DNA of 64,000 nucleotides, taken from the sequence record PP886230.1, one strand, 5' to 3'. Position numbers and translations under genes: made by a program. Shown piece by piece: positions 43,582 to 53,351 of this stretch; within the stretch, counting starts at the first letter, position 1, and every line of letters begins with the position of its first letter. Below the pieces are notes generated by a model, which saw nothing but the letters and a program-made list of their open reading frames with translations, was not told where the DNA came from and did no database searches.

Positions 43582-44010
43582 GTGAATGCAATGAGTTATT
43601 TGTTTACTTTAATTGATAAGTATGTTGACATTGTATACTGTCAAGTTTGTAGTGATACGTTTGAAACAAAAAACCCAATTAGAGATGGCTTTTTTGATGT
43701 TGTCGTTGGATCATTTTTGAATGGATACACCGAGACATTATACAACAGTAATAATATTTTTATTTCAGTTCAATCCAGACATACATCAGACTATGCTGTT
43801 AGCATTGATATTTGGGAAAATAATATAGAAATAGATATAACGGAACATACTAACATTCATGTTGATGATACATTTAATCAATTAACTGAAGAAATGTACT
43901 TGCAGTTGAATTTTGTACATGATCTTACAAATATCAGTTATGATACATTAAGGAAAATATGTTTTCTTAGTGGGGTGATCCGTAGTAATATGAGTAAGGA
44001 TGGGAAGTGA
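43582..44010 (+). CDS. EExxFQxS-family protein
   Basis: LTEEMYLQLNFVHDLTNISYDTL. Confidence 0.7.
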   Translation: MNAMSYLFTLIDKYVDIVYCQVCSDTFETKNPIRDGFFDVVVGSFLNGYTETLYNSNNIFISVQSRHTSDYAVSIDIWENNIEIDITEHTNIHVDDTFNQLTEEMYLQLNFVHDLTNISYDTLRKICFLSGVIRSNMSKDGK

Positions 44011-44428
44011 AATGTTAAAAATTCCACCTAAGTCGTTAACACATCTTATTGAATGTGGTGTAATATTTTCCGAAGGTGATACCTCATCATACACATTGGT
44101 CGATGAACCTTATAATTTTTCATACCAATCTTATAAAAATAATTCTAAAATTTCTTGTAGATATGCTGAAAACATATTAATAGATGTTTCGTTACATAAT
44201 GTTCCGAAATTTTACATTGATATCTTTGGTGATTCTTTGACAATTCGAACATATGATTATTTTATTAATAAAGACCTCTTGAGTCTTCCAATTGAACATG
44301 ATACTATAGATTCAGAGATGTTCTTTCAACTATCAACAGTTTACGATTTACAGGGTTTAACTGTTGAGCAGTTGAATGGAATATTTGAGATTTCACGAAA
44401 CATACGAAGCAGGAATAAAAATGTCTAA
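44000..44428 (+). CDS. EExxFQxS-family protein
   Basis: IDSEMFFQLSTVYDLQGLTVEQL. Confidence 0.75.
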   Translation: MGSEMLKIPPKSLTHLIECGVIFSEGDTSSYTLVDEPYNFSYQSYKNNSKISCRYAENILIDVSLHNVPKFYIDIFGDSLTIRTYDYFINKDLLSLPIEHDTIDSEMFFQLSTVYDLQGLTVEQLNGIFEISRNIRSRNKNV

Positions 44429-44831
44429 TATTTTAAATGAAAAAACAGTTGATGTTGTTATTGGTGTTCTTAACACCGCAACTTCATTTCAGAAGAAACA
44501 CAGTGTTGTATACTTTGGTGAAGATTGTTGGCTGAACTATACTAATAATTCGTTTATAATTCGTGTAGAGGCTGATGATATTGGATTAACCGTTCAGGTA
44601 GGATGTACCAAAACTGACAAACAAATCACTGTCATTGTTGATAAACTTACGTCTTCTTTTTATGATAGTATAGATGATTGTGAACACTGTAGTTCAACAT
44701 TTTATGATACAGAAGAAGAACATTTTATGGAAAGTACTGTTCAAGAGTTAGCTATTCCATATAAGCTAATGAAAGCAGTGAGTGATTTAATTTTAAAATA
44801 TAAAAAAATAGGAGTTACTAATGCAATTTAA
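44421..44831 (+). CDS. EExxFQxS-family protein
   Basis: DTEEEHFMESTVQELAIPY; AGGA RBS. Confidence 0.75.
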   Translation: MSNILNEKTVDVVIGVLNTATSFQKKHSVVYFGEDCWLNYTNNSFIIRVEADDIGLTVQVGCTKTDKQITVIVDKLTSSFYDSIDDCEHCSSTFYDTEEEHFMESTVQELAIPYKLMKAVSDLILKYKKIGVTNAI

Positions 44832-45267
44832 TGGTAAAGTTTCCAAAGTAGGTTTGGTTTTTGAAAACTGTGAATTTGTTGATATTGATGTAAAGAATGT
44901 TTTATGGATGCATATTGCTGATGAGAAGACTCTTTGTAGCCGTTTTTCAAACGGTCTGACAATTAGTACTGTTATCGGTGAGTTCGGTATTGCATTACGC
45001 AGCAATACACCATCGGATTTCATGGACAACTCTACACTGTTAGACCGTTTAAAAATGCGTGACGTTACACACGTTTATCTATATGATACTAACGGTGTTG
45101 AACAGCGTTATGTAGTTGAATGGGCTAATTATAACCTTAGTGATCAATATTCAGTAAACCAGCGTGTTCAAATCACCCCTGGTGGTAATATTGTGTTTGT
45201 TAGTTCAACTGGTAAATTAATCAGTGTAGATGATAAAAACATTGACCTATTCACAGCATATAACTAA
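44821..45267 (+). CDS. Hypothetical protein
   Basis: AGGAG RBS; LVFENCE motif. Confidence 0.75.
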   Translation: MQFNGKVSKVGLVFENCEFVDIDVKNVLWMHIADEKTLCSRFSNGLTISTVIGEFGIALRSNTPSDFMDNSTLLDRLKMRDVTHVYLYDTNGVEQRYVVEWANYNLSDQYSVNQRVQITPGGNIVFVSSTGKLISVDDKNIDLFTAYN

Positions 45268-45278
45268 TACGAGCTTCC

Positions 45279-45698
45279 ATGAAAACAATCAAAATTCATT
45301 TCAAAGACACTTGGACAGAAGTAAGTACTGGTAATATTCAGGATATTTTATATAGTACTGAAACTATTCATGTTTATGATGAAGAGACTGCTACCGAGCA
45401 GTTAAAAGTTTTGCATCGTAGTGTTGGTGTGCACACCGAATATGGCATTAAACATACTCGTGAATTACTTAATACTAATCACATTGAAACCCGTAAAGCA
45501 AACTTATCAAAAGAAGAAATGTTCGATTTCATCCTGAACCATAAAGTTCATATTGAGCCTGATGGGTCTATATGGGAGAACACTGCTGGACAAAAAGTGC
45601 TGAAAAAATATCATGTTTCAATTGATAATGTAAAAATGTCAGGGTATGATTTGGAAGATGCAATTAATGAATATGTATCTAGGCAGAGGGCAAATTGA
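45279..45698 (+). CDS. Hypothetical protein
   Basis: Open frame in tiling. Confidence 0.7.
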   Translation: MKTIKIHFKDTWTEVSTGNIQDILYSTETIHVYDEETATEQLKVLHRSVGVHTEYGIKHTRELLNTNHIETRKANLSKEEMFDFILNHKVHIEPDGSIWENTAGQKVLKKYHVSIDNVKMSGYDLEDAINEYVSRQRAN

Positions 45699-46069
45699 TG
45701 AGCTTGATAACATTTACAATTATTTGTTGCATTACTATTGTACTTTGTCGCCTGATTCATGTATACTCATATCATAAAGCGTTGCGAATCGAACAAGAGA
45801 TTTACAACGAAAACCGAGAACCAGAACCAGTCAAGAAGCCACCATCACCTTATGGGTTGAAACGTGAGATGCATTCTCAAAGTAAAAAGTGGGGTTATGC
45901 AATTACTAAAAATGGCTACATCTATACTGCAAGTAATGGTTATTTTCAAATTCACCACGAATTAGAAGTGGCAGTTCAAATTTTGTGGGAGATGGAGGAC
46001 ATTGGTGGTTATGAGCGTACTAAGTTTGAATTCATATCAAATGATCCAGGAACTTCACGAGAAACATGA
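45695..46069 (+). CDS. Membrane-anchored hypothetical protein
   Basis: N-terminal TM helix. Confidence 0.65.
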   Translation: MMSLITFTIICCITIVLCRLIHVYSYHKALRIEQEIYNENREPEPVKKPPSPYGLKREMHSQSKKWGYAITKNGYIYTASNGYFQIHHELEVAVQILWEMEDIGGYERTKFEFISNDPGTSRET

Positions 46070-46214
46070 TATAATTGTTGATGTGAAGAAGAAGGAAGTC
46101 GTTATGAAAAAGCAAGCATATAGAATTTTAGAAGACTTCCATCTAAAAGCATTTATAATGAAGTTCTGTACAGATGAACATCTTACCGGACGAGTAATAC
46201 GTAAGGAGTTGTAA

Positions 46215-46556
46215 ATGAACTTAAGTTCAACAATTCAGTACTTGAGCAGTAACTTCGAGAAAATTATTTCTCGCGGTGGGATGATTGTACACCCAGAAAC
46301 AGAGGAAATGTACATCATTGGATTTGATAAAAATTCTTATGATCAAGTACTTGTAATTTCCAAGTTAGAAAGTTATAATGAAGTTGTTCAGTTTTGCTGT
46401 ACCGAATTTGGTATCTATATTAAAGACGCTGAAACTAATACAATTTCGCATTATTTTTACCACACACTGATGGGTACTAAAGACTTCGGCTTGAAGTTCG
46501 ATGATTTAGTACAATGTCACTATATGTTTAAAACCTTCCCAGCTAGTGGGCATTAA
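46215..46556 (+). CDS. Hypothetical protein
   Basis: TAAGGAG RBS. Confidence 0.7.
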   Translation: MNLSSTIQYLSSNFEKIISRGGMIVHPETEEMYIIGFDKNSYDQVLVISKLESYNEVVQFCCTEFGIYIKDAETNTISHYFYHTLMGTKDFGLKFDDLVQCHYMFKTFPASGH

Positions 46557-46569
46557 GGAGTATATCAAT

Positions 46570-47358
46570 ATGAGCAACATTTTCTTCAAAACTATTTCTT
46601 TCAAAAAAGCATCTTACTCCTACGCCTACGTTGATGGTAAAGTGCTTAATATTGTACTGGATGGTGTTGACGTACCAGTTGAATTTAAAACACATGAAGA
46701 AGCAGTTGAAGGTGCTAAAGAATTGAATTCAATTCTTAATGGTGAAGTAAGTCAAAAACAACATGTAAAATCTGATTTAGATGTACTTTTGGAAAAAATC
46801 AAAACTGGTGAAGTATTAGAAATTTTAGACAACTGTAATGAAAAACTTCGTAATGTAGTTAATAATGTTCGTGACCAGATTCAAGAAAAAGCACTAGAGC
46901 AAGCATTCAAACATGTATCCAAGAATGCTGAATCTCGTATTGACGGTATGGTTAAAAATCTTGATGATGTACTATCTCATCTCTTTACTAAAGAATACGA
47001 ACAAGAAGTTGAAGAAGAACCAGTAAAAGAAACTAAAAAAGAAAAACGTAGCTTTGGCTCAGGTGATGATGTGTTTGGTTTTACGAATGTCCGAACAAGT
47101 GCAGATGAACCAAAAGAAATTAGTGAGATGCTCATTGGTGACATGACAACTAAGCAGCTTCGTAATGAAATTGACAAGTTTGTAACTAGTTGTATCAAAT
47201 CAGAACGTGCACAAAGTATGTTTAAAAGCATTAGTGAGAACTTTGGTCCAGAAGCAACTGAGCAGGCACTAACTGCATTTAAAGAATTGATTTATAATGT
47301 AGCCATTAGCAATCCAGATAAAACACTTGAAGAAGTTCTACGTGACAATTTCAAATAA
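46570..47358 (+). CDS. Hypothetical helical/acidic protein
   Basis: TAAGGAG RBS; terminator downstream. Confidence 0.75.
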   Translation: MSNIFFKTISFKKASYSYAYVDGKVLNIVLDGVDVPVEFKTHEEAVEGAKELNSILNGEVSQKQHVKSDLDVLLEKIKTGEVLEILDNCNEKLRNVVNNVRDQIQEKALEQAFKHVSKNAESRIDGMVKNLDDVLSHLFTKEYEQEVEEEPVKETKKEKRSFGSGDDVFGFTNVRTSADEPKEISEMLIGDMTTKQLRNEIDKFVTSCIKSERAQSMFKSISENFGPEATEQALTAFKELIYNVAISNPDKTLEEVLRDNFK

Positions 47359-47370
47359 TTAGATAAAATT

Positions 47371-47400
47371 AAAGCCACTACAATGTAGTGGCTTTTTTTA
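47371..47400. terminator. Bidirectional intrinsic terminator
   Basis: AAAGCCACTACA/TGTAGTGGCTTT with A/T runs either side, between convergent genes. Confidence 0.8.
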
Positions 47401-48555
47401 TTATGCGTTGTAACCAACTATTACGACTGAGCAGTCAAGCGGTTCTACTACTTTAAGAATTACATTATCATCTTCATCCACTTGTATTTCACTATGAACT
47501 ACATGATTGTCTGAAGAATATAATTGAACTTGTGGTAGTGCTTTACCATGTTCAGTTACTGGAACTGAGATAGAGTACATAGAGTCTTCACCGAGAACCC
47601 ACTCACTTAAAGTATATTCTTTATGGAAAGGAGTAGTATGCAGTGTTTTTCCGATTATACTCAAAGAAACAGGTAAATTATCAGTTTGATACACAGTAAT
47701 ATTACCTTCTGCGTCTACAGAAAGATCTACACCAACTTGATATAAGTCACCACTGTATGCTTGAAGTGCTAAGTACTGTCCACGATCATGAACATCAAAT
47801 GGAACAACCGCAGAAAATACACCTTCCGAAACAGGTTCAAATTGGGATAGAAGAACTGATGTAACAAAATCAATATCCTCACCACTTTCAAGAACATCAA
47901 ATTCCACCACTTTAGTGTTATAATATGGAGAAGTGAGCGTAGCAGTACCTTTCCCTGATTGTGTGATAACATCAACTGGAATTGTAAATGCATCATTAAC
48001 AAATTGGGTAGTAAAGTATTCTGTCCCGTCTGGTAATACGATTGTTATTACCATACCGTTAGTATCAATTTCTGAACCAGTGTTGAATAATTTACCACTA
48101 ATTGAGTCATTACCAACAAATACTGGTGAAATGAGAATATTATCTATATCACGATCTATAATACCACATTCAGGTGTATACATATGATACAAGGTTTGTG
48201 AACTACCTAAAATTGTTTTATGTAGCATAAATTTATATACAAATCCAGTATCAGTTTCTTGTGGCTCTTCAGAATATCCACGAACAAAGAAACAATTTTT
48301 ATTAATTTCACTTAATAGTTGGTCATTAGTTTTATTGTAATTTAATAGATAACCTTTATTATCTTTAGTTGTTATTTGTACTTTACGATATATTATATTA
48401 GTTCTTGGATCAACTAAATCATATAATCTATGGCTTCTTTGGCGATAGATTCTAATATTTTTTAGTCTAGTTCCATCGTTGAGGATTGCACCATCAACAA
48501 CATAACCACATTCACCAAACTTATAGCGTCCAGCCGCAGCAATTGACCTTGACAT
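47401..48555 (-). CDS. Putative virion protein with two repeated C-terminal beta domains
   Basis: Only long - strand gene; GGAGGGA RBS; TAAATA late-type motif upstream; repeats HDRGQYLALQAYS and HGKALPQVQLYS. Confidence 0.7.
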   Translation of the reverse strand: MSRSIAAAGRYKFGECGYVVDGAILNDGTRLKNIRIYRQRSHRLYDLVDPRTNIIYRKVQITTKDNKGYLLNYNKTNDQLLSEINKNCFFVRGYSEEPQETDTGFVYKFMLHKTILGSSQTLYHMYTPECGIIDRDIDNILISPVFVGNDSISGKLFNTGSEIDTNGMVITIVLPDGTEYFTTQFVNDAFTIPVDVITQSGKGTATLTSPYYNTKVVEFDVLESGEDIDFVTSVLLSQFEPVSEGVFSAVVPFDVHDRGQYLALQAYSGDLYQVGVDLSVDAEGNITVYQTDNLPVSLSIIGKTLHTTPFHKEYTLSEWVLGEDSMYSISVPVTEHGKALPQVQLYSSDNHVVHSEIQVDEDDNVILKVVEPLDCSVVIVGYNA

Positions 48556-48616
48556 TTATCCCTCCATTGGTATAATTATTATAACGTATTTATTATGCAT
48601 ATCCAAAAAATGAGCT

Positions 48617-48645
48617 TGACTGGTGTATGATTTGGTGTTATCATG
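48617..48645 (+). promoter_or_regulatory. sigma70 promoter
   Basis: TTGACT-17 bp-TATCAT. Confidence 0.6.
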
Positions 48646-48671
48646 TAGTGAATGAATAATGAGGTGTTTTT

Positions 48672-49256
48672 ATGAATGTTATTGATAATAGATTAGTACT
48701 GAAAAATGGAAAAATGACTGTTAAGTTATATAAAGATGAAGCTGATTCTTTTATGGCAAAAGCGATTGAAAAATCAGAACGATATAAACTTTTGGCTCCA
48801 GCAAGTAAATCGCCATATGGTTTTAATCATGCACATAGTCATTTTGTTGGTATGGTGTGTGAGCACGCATCTTTAGTACTTTTTAATGAAATTGAAAACA
48901 ATACTGGTATTAAACTTAATATCGATCCAGCATTCCAAAATGAAGCACGTGACGGTGAATGTGATATTAAGGTAAACAACCTTCGTATTGAAGTAAAAGG
49001 TATCAAGTATAAATCATGGACTGACTTTGGACCATGTGTTAGTACTCGACAGTTAAAAAATATCCAGAAAAAAGCTGACGTAATACTATGGGTATTGTAT
49101 AATGAGAAAAAACAAGAGTTCACGTTTGAGGGATTCAACTATGTAAAAGATATTAGTTCTATCCCAGTTATCCTCACTGGTGTACCAGGGCGACCAATGA
49201 TTGAAAATCACCCAGTACTCGGTATTATGAAACCACTACAGGAGTTACCATTGTGA
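48672..49256 (+). CDS. Putative PD-(D/E)xK nuclease
   Basis: GMVCEHA helix plus ECDIKVNNLRIEVKG core. Confidence 0.6.
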   Translation: MNVIDNRLVLKNGKMTVKLYKDEADSFMAKAIEKSERYKLLAPASKSPYGFNHAHSHFVGMVCEHASLVLFNEIENNTGIKLNIDPAFQNEARDGECDIKVNNLRIEVKGIKYKSWTDFGPCVSTRQLKNIQKKADVILWVLYNEKKQEFTFEGFNYVKDISSIPVILTGVPGRPMIENHPVLGIMKPLQELPL

Positions 49257-49480
49257 TTACTGCAACTGTATATCAAGATATCAATGAAGAATTTCATTCT
49301 AAAATTGCGTTCTTATCATTTCCTGTACTCCCAGTAGTTGGGTCAACGTTGAATCTTACCATTTGTGGGTTTGAGAAATATTATAAAGTTCTAGATATTG
49401 AGTACTGTGCTGATGTATATTCATGTAATAGTGAAATTGCAATTCCAGTATCAATCGATATTATTGTAAAAGAGGTTTGA
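49253..49480 (+). CDS. Small hypothetical protein
   Basis: GTG start, AGGAG RBS. Confidence 0.65.
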   Translation: MITATVYQDINEEFHSKIAFLSFPVLPVVGSTLNLTICGFEKYYKVLDIEYCADVYSCNSEIAIPVSIDIIVKEV

Positions 49481-49938
49481 TTATGTTTAAGAATTTTATG
49501 GTTATCGTAGCAGTACTGTTTGGTACATCATGTTTTATTTCCCCAGTACACGCAGAAGAACAACGTCAAACTATTAAAACTATTGGGACTGGTAAAACTC
49601 CCCCTAAACGTACTGCTGACGAATACATGCCTGAAATGCGTGAACGTTATCGTCAGACATACAGGGAAAAACATGCTAATGATAAACCCATCAAGAAGCA
49701 TAAATGGGAAGTTGTTAAATCTCCTTCATTTTGTGCTGGATATGCTAAAGTAAAGATTGAGCAGCACAAAAACCAGTACTATAAAGATATGTATTCCTTC
49801 TATGACTCCAGAATTTCTGACACAGATATGATGGCAGGGAAGGTTGATAAAGAAGAATTTCTACAAGGCTATGATATGATGGACGATGACAAAATCATGG
49901 AATGCGTTGAAGTGTATGAAAAATACAGAGGCTTCTGA
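49477..49938 (+). CDS. Secreted/periplasmic hypothetical protein
   Basis: Signal peptide ending VHA; two Cys in mature part. Confidence 0.65.
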   Translation: MIMFKNFMVIVAVLFGTSCFISPVHAEEQRQTIKTIGTGKTPPKRTADEYMPEMRERYRQTYREKHANDKPIKKHKWEVVKSPSFCAGYAKVKIEQHKNQYYKDMYSFYDSRISDTDMMAGKVDKEEFLQGYDMMDDDKIMECVEVYEKYRGF

Positions 49939-50414
49939 TGTTAACAATAGTGTTGTTGGTAAGTCCATTTGTGTATTTTGTGCTGTATAATATTTTTAGT
50001 AATGCTAATCATTTTAAATATGCACAAACAATTGCAAAGTATGAAGGTTTTTGGAATTTTTTCCCAGCATTACTATGCTCATATCTATACCATGAACGCT
50101 ATTTCATTTTTCCTGAATATAAAAATTATGGTTATGATTCTAAAGTAAATGGTATAATTGAGTACTGTATAAGAAATTATCTTAATAATAATGATAACGT
50201 CCAAGTAAGAATAGGAAATGGTAATATATCAAGAATAGTTTTCATACCTGATATACAAGATCCAATATACTTATATCCATATGATTATAGTATTAGTGTA
50301 GGTTGTTCGATACATGGTAGTAAATCTATGTACGATTACTTTATCTTACCACCAACACAAATTAGATTAATAGAAAAATATTTGAGGGAAAAGTTTGACA
50401 ACAAAGATTCTTAG
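49938..50414 (+). CDS. Membrane-associated hypothetical protein
   Basis: Hydrophobic N-terminus. Confidence 0.65.
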   Translation: MLTIVLLVSPFVYFVLYNIFSNANHFKYAQTIAKYEGFWNFFPALLCSYLYHERYFIFPEYKNYGYDSKVNGIIEYCIRNYLNNNDNVQVRIGNGNISRIVFIPDIQDPIYLYPYDYSISVGCSIHGSKSMYDYFILPPTQIRLIEKYLREKFDNKDS

Positions 50415-50455
50415 TATTATAATTAACACACCAAGTAACCCAAGGGGGATGGAAA

Positions 50456-50914
50456 ATGGATGTATTAGCTACAAATTTCAAACGTAATGTTGAAGAGCGT
50501 GAAGGTTATTTTAGTATTAGTGAAGTTGTCGATGACAATTTTAAACAATACATTTTTAATAGTGCAATTAAATTAAAATGCACAAAAGATTCACCTGATC
50601 GTAGCTTTACTAAATGGATTGCGTATTGGGAAGATTCACCAGTTGCAATTGAAATGACTGTGATTACAACAGTACTTGAAACTGGTTACATCAAAGCCAT
50701 TATAGTTGATAAGAAAGTCCGTACTCTTGATGAAATTAATCCATATCCAGCCCGAAATTCTAAAGTTTTTGGTGTGTTGGTTGATGGTAAATTTATGATA
50801 GAAAAAGATGCAAAGGAATATGTAATTAATAAACTTCAAACTACATCAGAAAAAAAGGAAGTAGTGGACCAAAACTCTGTTGATGCAATCAAAAAAGCAT
50901 GGGGATTAAAGTAA
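50456..50914 (+). CDS. Hypothetical protein
   Basis: TTGACA-17 bp-TATAAT upstream; AAGGGG RBS. Confidence 0.75.
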   Translation: MDVLATNFKRNVEEREGYFSISEVVDDNFKQYIFNSAIKLKCTKDSPDRSFTKWIAYWEDSPVAIEMTVITTVLETGYIKAIIVDKKVRTLDEINPYPARNSKVFGVLVDGKFMIEKDAKEYVINKLQTTSEKKEVVDQNSVDAIKKAWGLK

Positions 50915-50915
50915 T

Positions 50916-51338
50916 ATGTTCACACTAAGTAATGCAAAATATCTTTTTCTTATTAGTATTATTGGTTGGGTTATGGCTCCAGTGCTAAATGCACTGGGGT
51001 TTTCCGATGAACATAAACTTTTAAATGTTTCAGGTTTAATTCAGGGTATTTCATGGTATACATTAATTACATTTTCAGTGTGCATCAATACATTTGCCCG
51101 TGATTATCGACGTTTGTTATATCTGAAAGTATTTGGAACTACACGATATAGTTTTGTTTACACTTTCATTTTAGTACCGTGTATGTTATATGCATTTGTA
51201 TTTGATTACTATACATATCTATGGGTATGTGGAACTATGTTTGTTATGTTGGAATACATCAGAACTGTTCAAAACTCATATGCCGATGAGTTTCATGATC
51301 TAGAAGTTAAACGAAAATTAACGGAGCTAAACAAATGA
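50916..51338 (+). CDS. 4-TM membrane protein (paralogue of next gene)
   Basis: DYRRLLYLKVFGTTRYS. Confidence 0.7.
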   Translation: MFTLSNAKYLFLISIIGWVMAPVLNALGFSDEHKLLNVSGLIQGISWYTLITFSVCINTFARDYRRLLYLKVFGTTRYSFVYTFILVPCMLYAFVFDYYTYLWVCGTMFVMLEYIRTVQNSYADEFHDLEVKRKLTELNK

Positions 51339-51760
51339 GAGGCTATAATAAGATTTGTATTTTTGTATTTTTAGTTTGTGCATTCAATTCGTTTGGTTAC
51401 TACTGTACAGAAAATAATATTTCATATGGTTTAAATCCTTTGTGGTTTACAATTTCCAATGTAGCACAAATTGGTATTGCTCTTATGTCTGCACTTATGT
51501 TCTGTCCAATTGTCACTATGGATACTGATCATGAAAGGCTTGGATTTCTCCGTGATACTGGAGACGAACCTTACAGTAGATTGATTGTGTTGTATCCATT
51601 TATTGTTATTTTAGGTACTAACATCCAACTTGGGTCATTATCTAATAGTGTTACATCAGCAGCTATTGCTATATTTGCATTCACATTTTTTATGGTACAC
51701 AAATCAGTACTTAATTGGTATATCACAAAAATGGCAGAAGAAGGTACTAAAAATACTTGA
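51335..51760 (+). CDS. 4-TM membrane protein (paralogue of previous gene)
   Basis: DHERLGFLRDTGDEPYS. Confidence 0.7.
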   Translation: MRGYNKICIFVFLVCAFNSFGYYCTENNISYGLNPLWFTISNVAQIGIALMSALMFCPIVTMDTDHERLGFLRDTGDEPYSRLIVLYPFIVILGTNIQLGSLSNSVTSAAIAIFAFTFFMVHKSVLNWYITKMAEEGTKNT

Positions 51761-51786
51761 CATAATTTAGTATGTTATATATAATT
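51758..51786 (+). promoter_or_regulatory. sigma70 promoter
   Basis: TTGACA-17 bp-TATAAT. Confidence 0.8.
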
Positions 51787-51819
51787 ATTTTGTTAAAAAC
51801 AAATTAGAGTAAGGAACTT

Positions 51820-52071
51820 ATGAACATCGATAAGGTCAAAGAACTTAGTGCTGCACTAATTAAGAATGAAGAAGTTTGTGAAGAACTTCGCAGTACTATC
51901 AAAGTTGAGTACGCACGACTCCAAGGTATGCTTCAAGAATCAGAATGGGTAGTAACTAAATCTATCGAAGCAATCTATAAGGATATCGAATCCCTTTTCA
52001 ACAAGAAAAGTAAGATTGAATCTGATTCATATAACAAACGTAAAGAGTTATCTACTGCACTTGGTATCTAA
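51820..52071 (+). CDS. Coiled-coil hypothetical protein
   Basis: TAAGGA RBS. Confidence 0.7.
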   Translation: MNIDKVKELSAALIKNEEVCEELRSTIKVEYARLQGMLQESEWVVTKSIEAIYKDIESLFNKKSKIESDSYNKRKELSTALGI

Positions 52072-52077
52072 AAGTAT

Positions 52078-52113
52078 TTGACATAACAAATAATATGGAG
52101 TACAATGTGCTCC
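52078..52113 (+). promoter_or_regulatory. sigma70 promoter
   Basis: TTGACA-17 bp-TACAAT within dyad GGAGTAC/GTGCTCC. Confidence 0.75.
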
Positions 52114-52145
52114 TAATTTAATTATCAGCTAAAAAGGAAAACATT

Positions 52146-52406
52146 ATGAAATCTATTCTCGTTGCAGTTAACCTGGTTGCTTCCCCATCTTTCAACTTCA
52201 AACAAGTTGTTGCTGATAATCTGAAGAAGATCTGTCCAAACGCTGAATTAACTTTCTGTGTGTTTGATTCAGAAAAAGTAACTAAAGTTGATCTAAACTA
52301 TCTTTTGAACGAAGTAAAAAGCGTTTCTGGTGAAAGTAACTTAAAAGTTCTTCATGATATTGCAGAAGATTATGATGACACTCTAGTAATTTCGGAGAAA
52401 TTCTAA
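52146..52406 (+). CDS. Hypothetical protein
   Basis: AAGGA RBS. Confidence 0.7.
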   Translation: MKSILVAVNLVASPSFNFKQVVADNLKKICPNAELTFCVFDSEKVTKVDLNYLLNEVKSVSGESNLKVLHDIAEDYDDTLVISEKF

Positions 52407-52411
52407 ATCAA

Positions 52412-52831
52412 ATGATTACATTCATTCAGTACTTAATCATTAAATTTTTTGGCTATTATACGATTGAAGGCAAAGCTACACTCGCACATAAAATCTTTGT
52501 AGCATTATGTACGGGTGATTATGACGTATTGAATAAGTACTGTAAATCGCAAGCATGTATTGATATAATGGCACTTCGTATCTATGAGTGCCAGTTCAAT
52601 AGATATAATTTTTACCAGTACAGATTTGATAAAGAAGAATTTGATAGCATCAAAATGCTAAAGAATTTATGTAACAATAAAAAGAATATGCATATATCAG
52701 AATTTGTTGCTTTGTATTTTTATTTAAAAAGTTCATTGTATATGAACACGATGCAAAGATTCGATACTAGAATTAATGTATTCACCGATAAAGAATTTTA
52801 TATATACGATAAATTCTTAGATAAGGTTTAA
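52412..52831 (+). CDS. Hypothetical protein
   Basis: Open frame in tiling. Confidence 0.65.
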   Translation: MITFIQYLIIKFFGYYTIEGKATLAHKIFVALCTGDYDVLNKYCKSQACIDIMALRIYECQFNRYNFYQYRFDKEEFDSIKMLKNLCNNKKNMHISEFVALYFYLKSSLYMNTMQRFDTRINVFTDKEFYIYDKFLDKV

Positions 52832-52832
52832 T

Positions 52833-53330
52833 ATGACAACTGTTTATATTGATAAACGATTAAATTTATTGATTACCGATTCTAGAGTTACGTCAACTAT
52901 ACCACGAAACTTATTTGGTTTTTTCCCACTAAGACCAAAATATCAATATGGAGTTGTTAATCAAAAAACTTTATATGTACATGACCGTTTATTCAGTGCT
53001 AGTGGGGTAGTAAGTGAAATTGATAAAGTACTGGATTGGTTAATTAATAAAGTACCAGTTATACCTGACAGAAAGTTAAGTTGCCATTGTGTGCTTCTTT
53101 CTAAAGATTATGTTATTCATATGATTTTAACTAAAGGAAAGTTTATTAAAAAACTTGAATATCTACATGAAGACTACACTTTCTTTATGGGAAGTGGTGG
53201 TGAATACATGCTAGATGCTGCTATTCATGAAGAACATACAACTTTATATGATAAAGTGTTTAGTACTTTCATGGATGTGCACAACCATGATTGCTTCACA
53301 GATGATAATATTAATGTATATCGATTTTGA
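52833..53330 (+). CDS. Ntn-hydrolase, proteasome-beta/HslV-like
   Basis: N-terminal M-T-T, ITDSRVT, SASG, FMGSGGEY match the Thr1, DxR, GSG layout. Confidence 0.65.
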   Translation: MTTVYIDKRLNLLITDSRVTSTIPRNLFGFFPLRPKYQYGVVNQKTLYVHDRLFSASGVVSEIDKVLDWLINKVPVIPDRKLSCHCVLLSKDYVIHMILTKGKFIKKLEYLHEDYTFFMGSGGEYMLDAAIHEEHTTLYDKVFSTFMDVHNHDCFTDDNINVYRF

Positions 53331-53351
53331 TTTCGTCATTAGGAGATGTAA

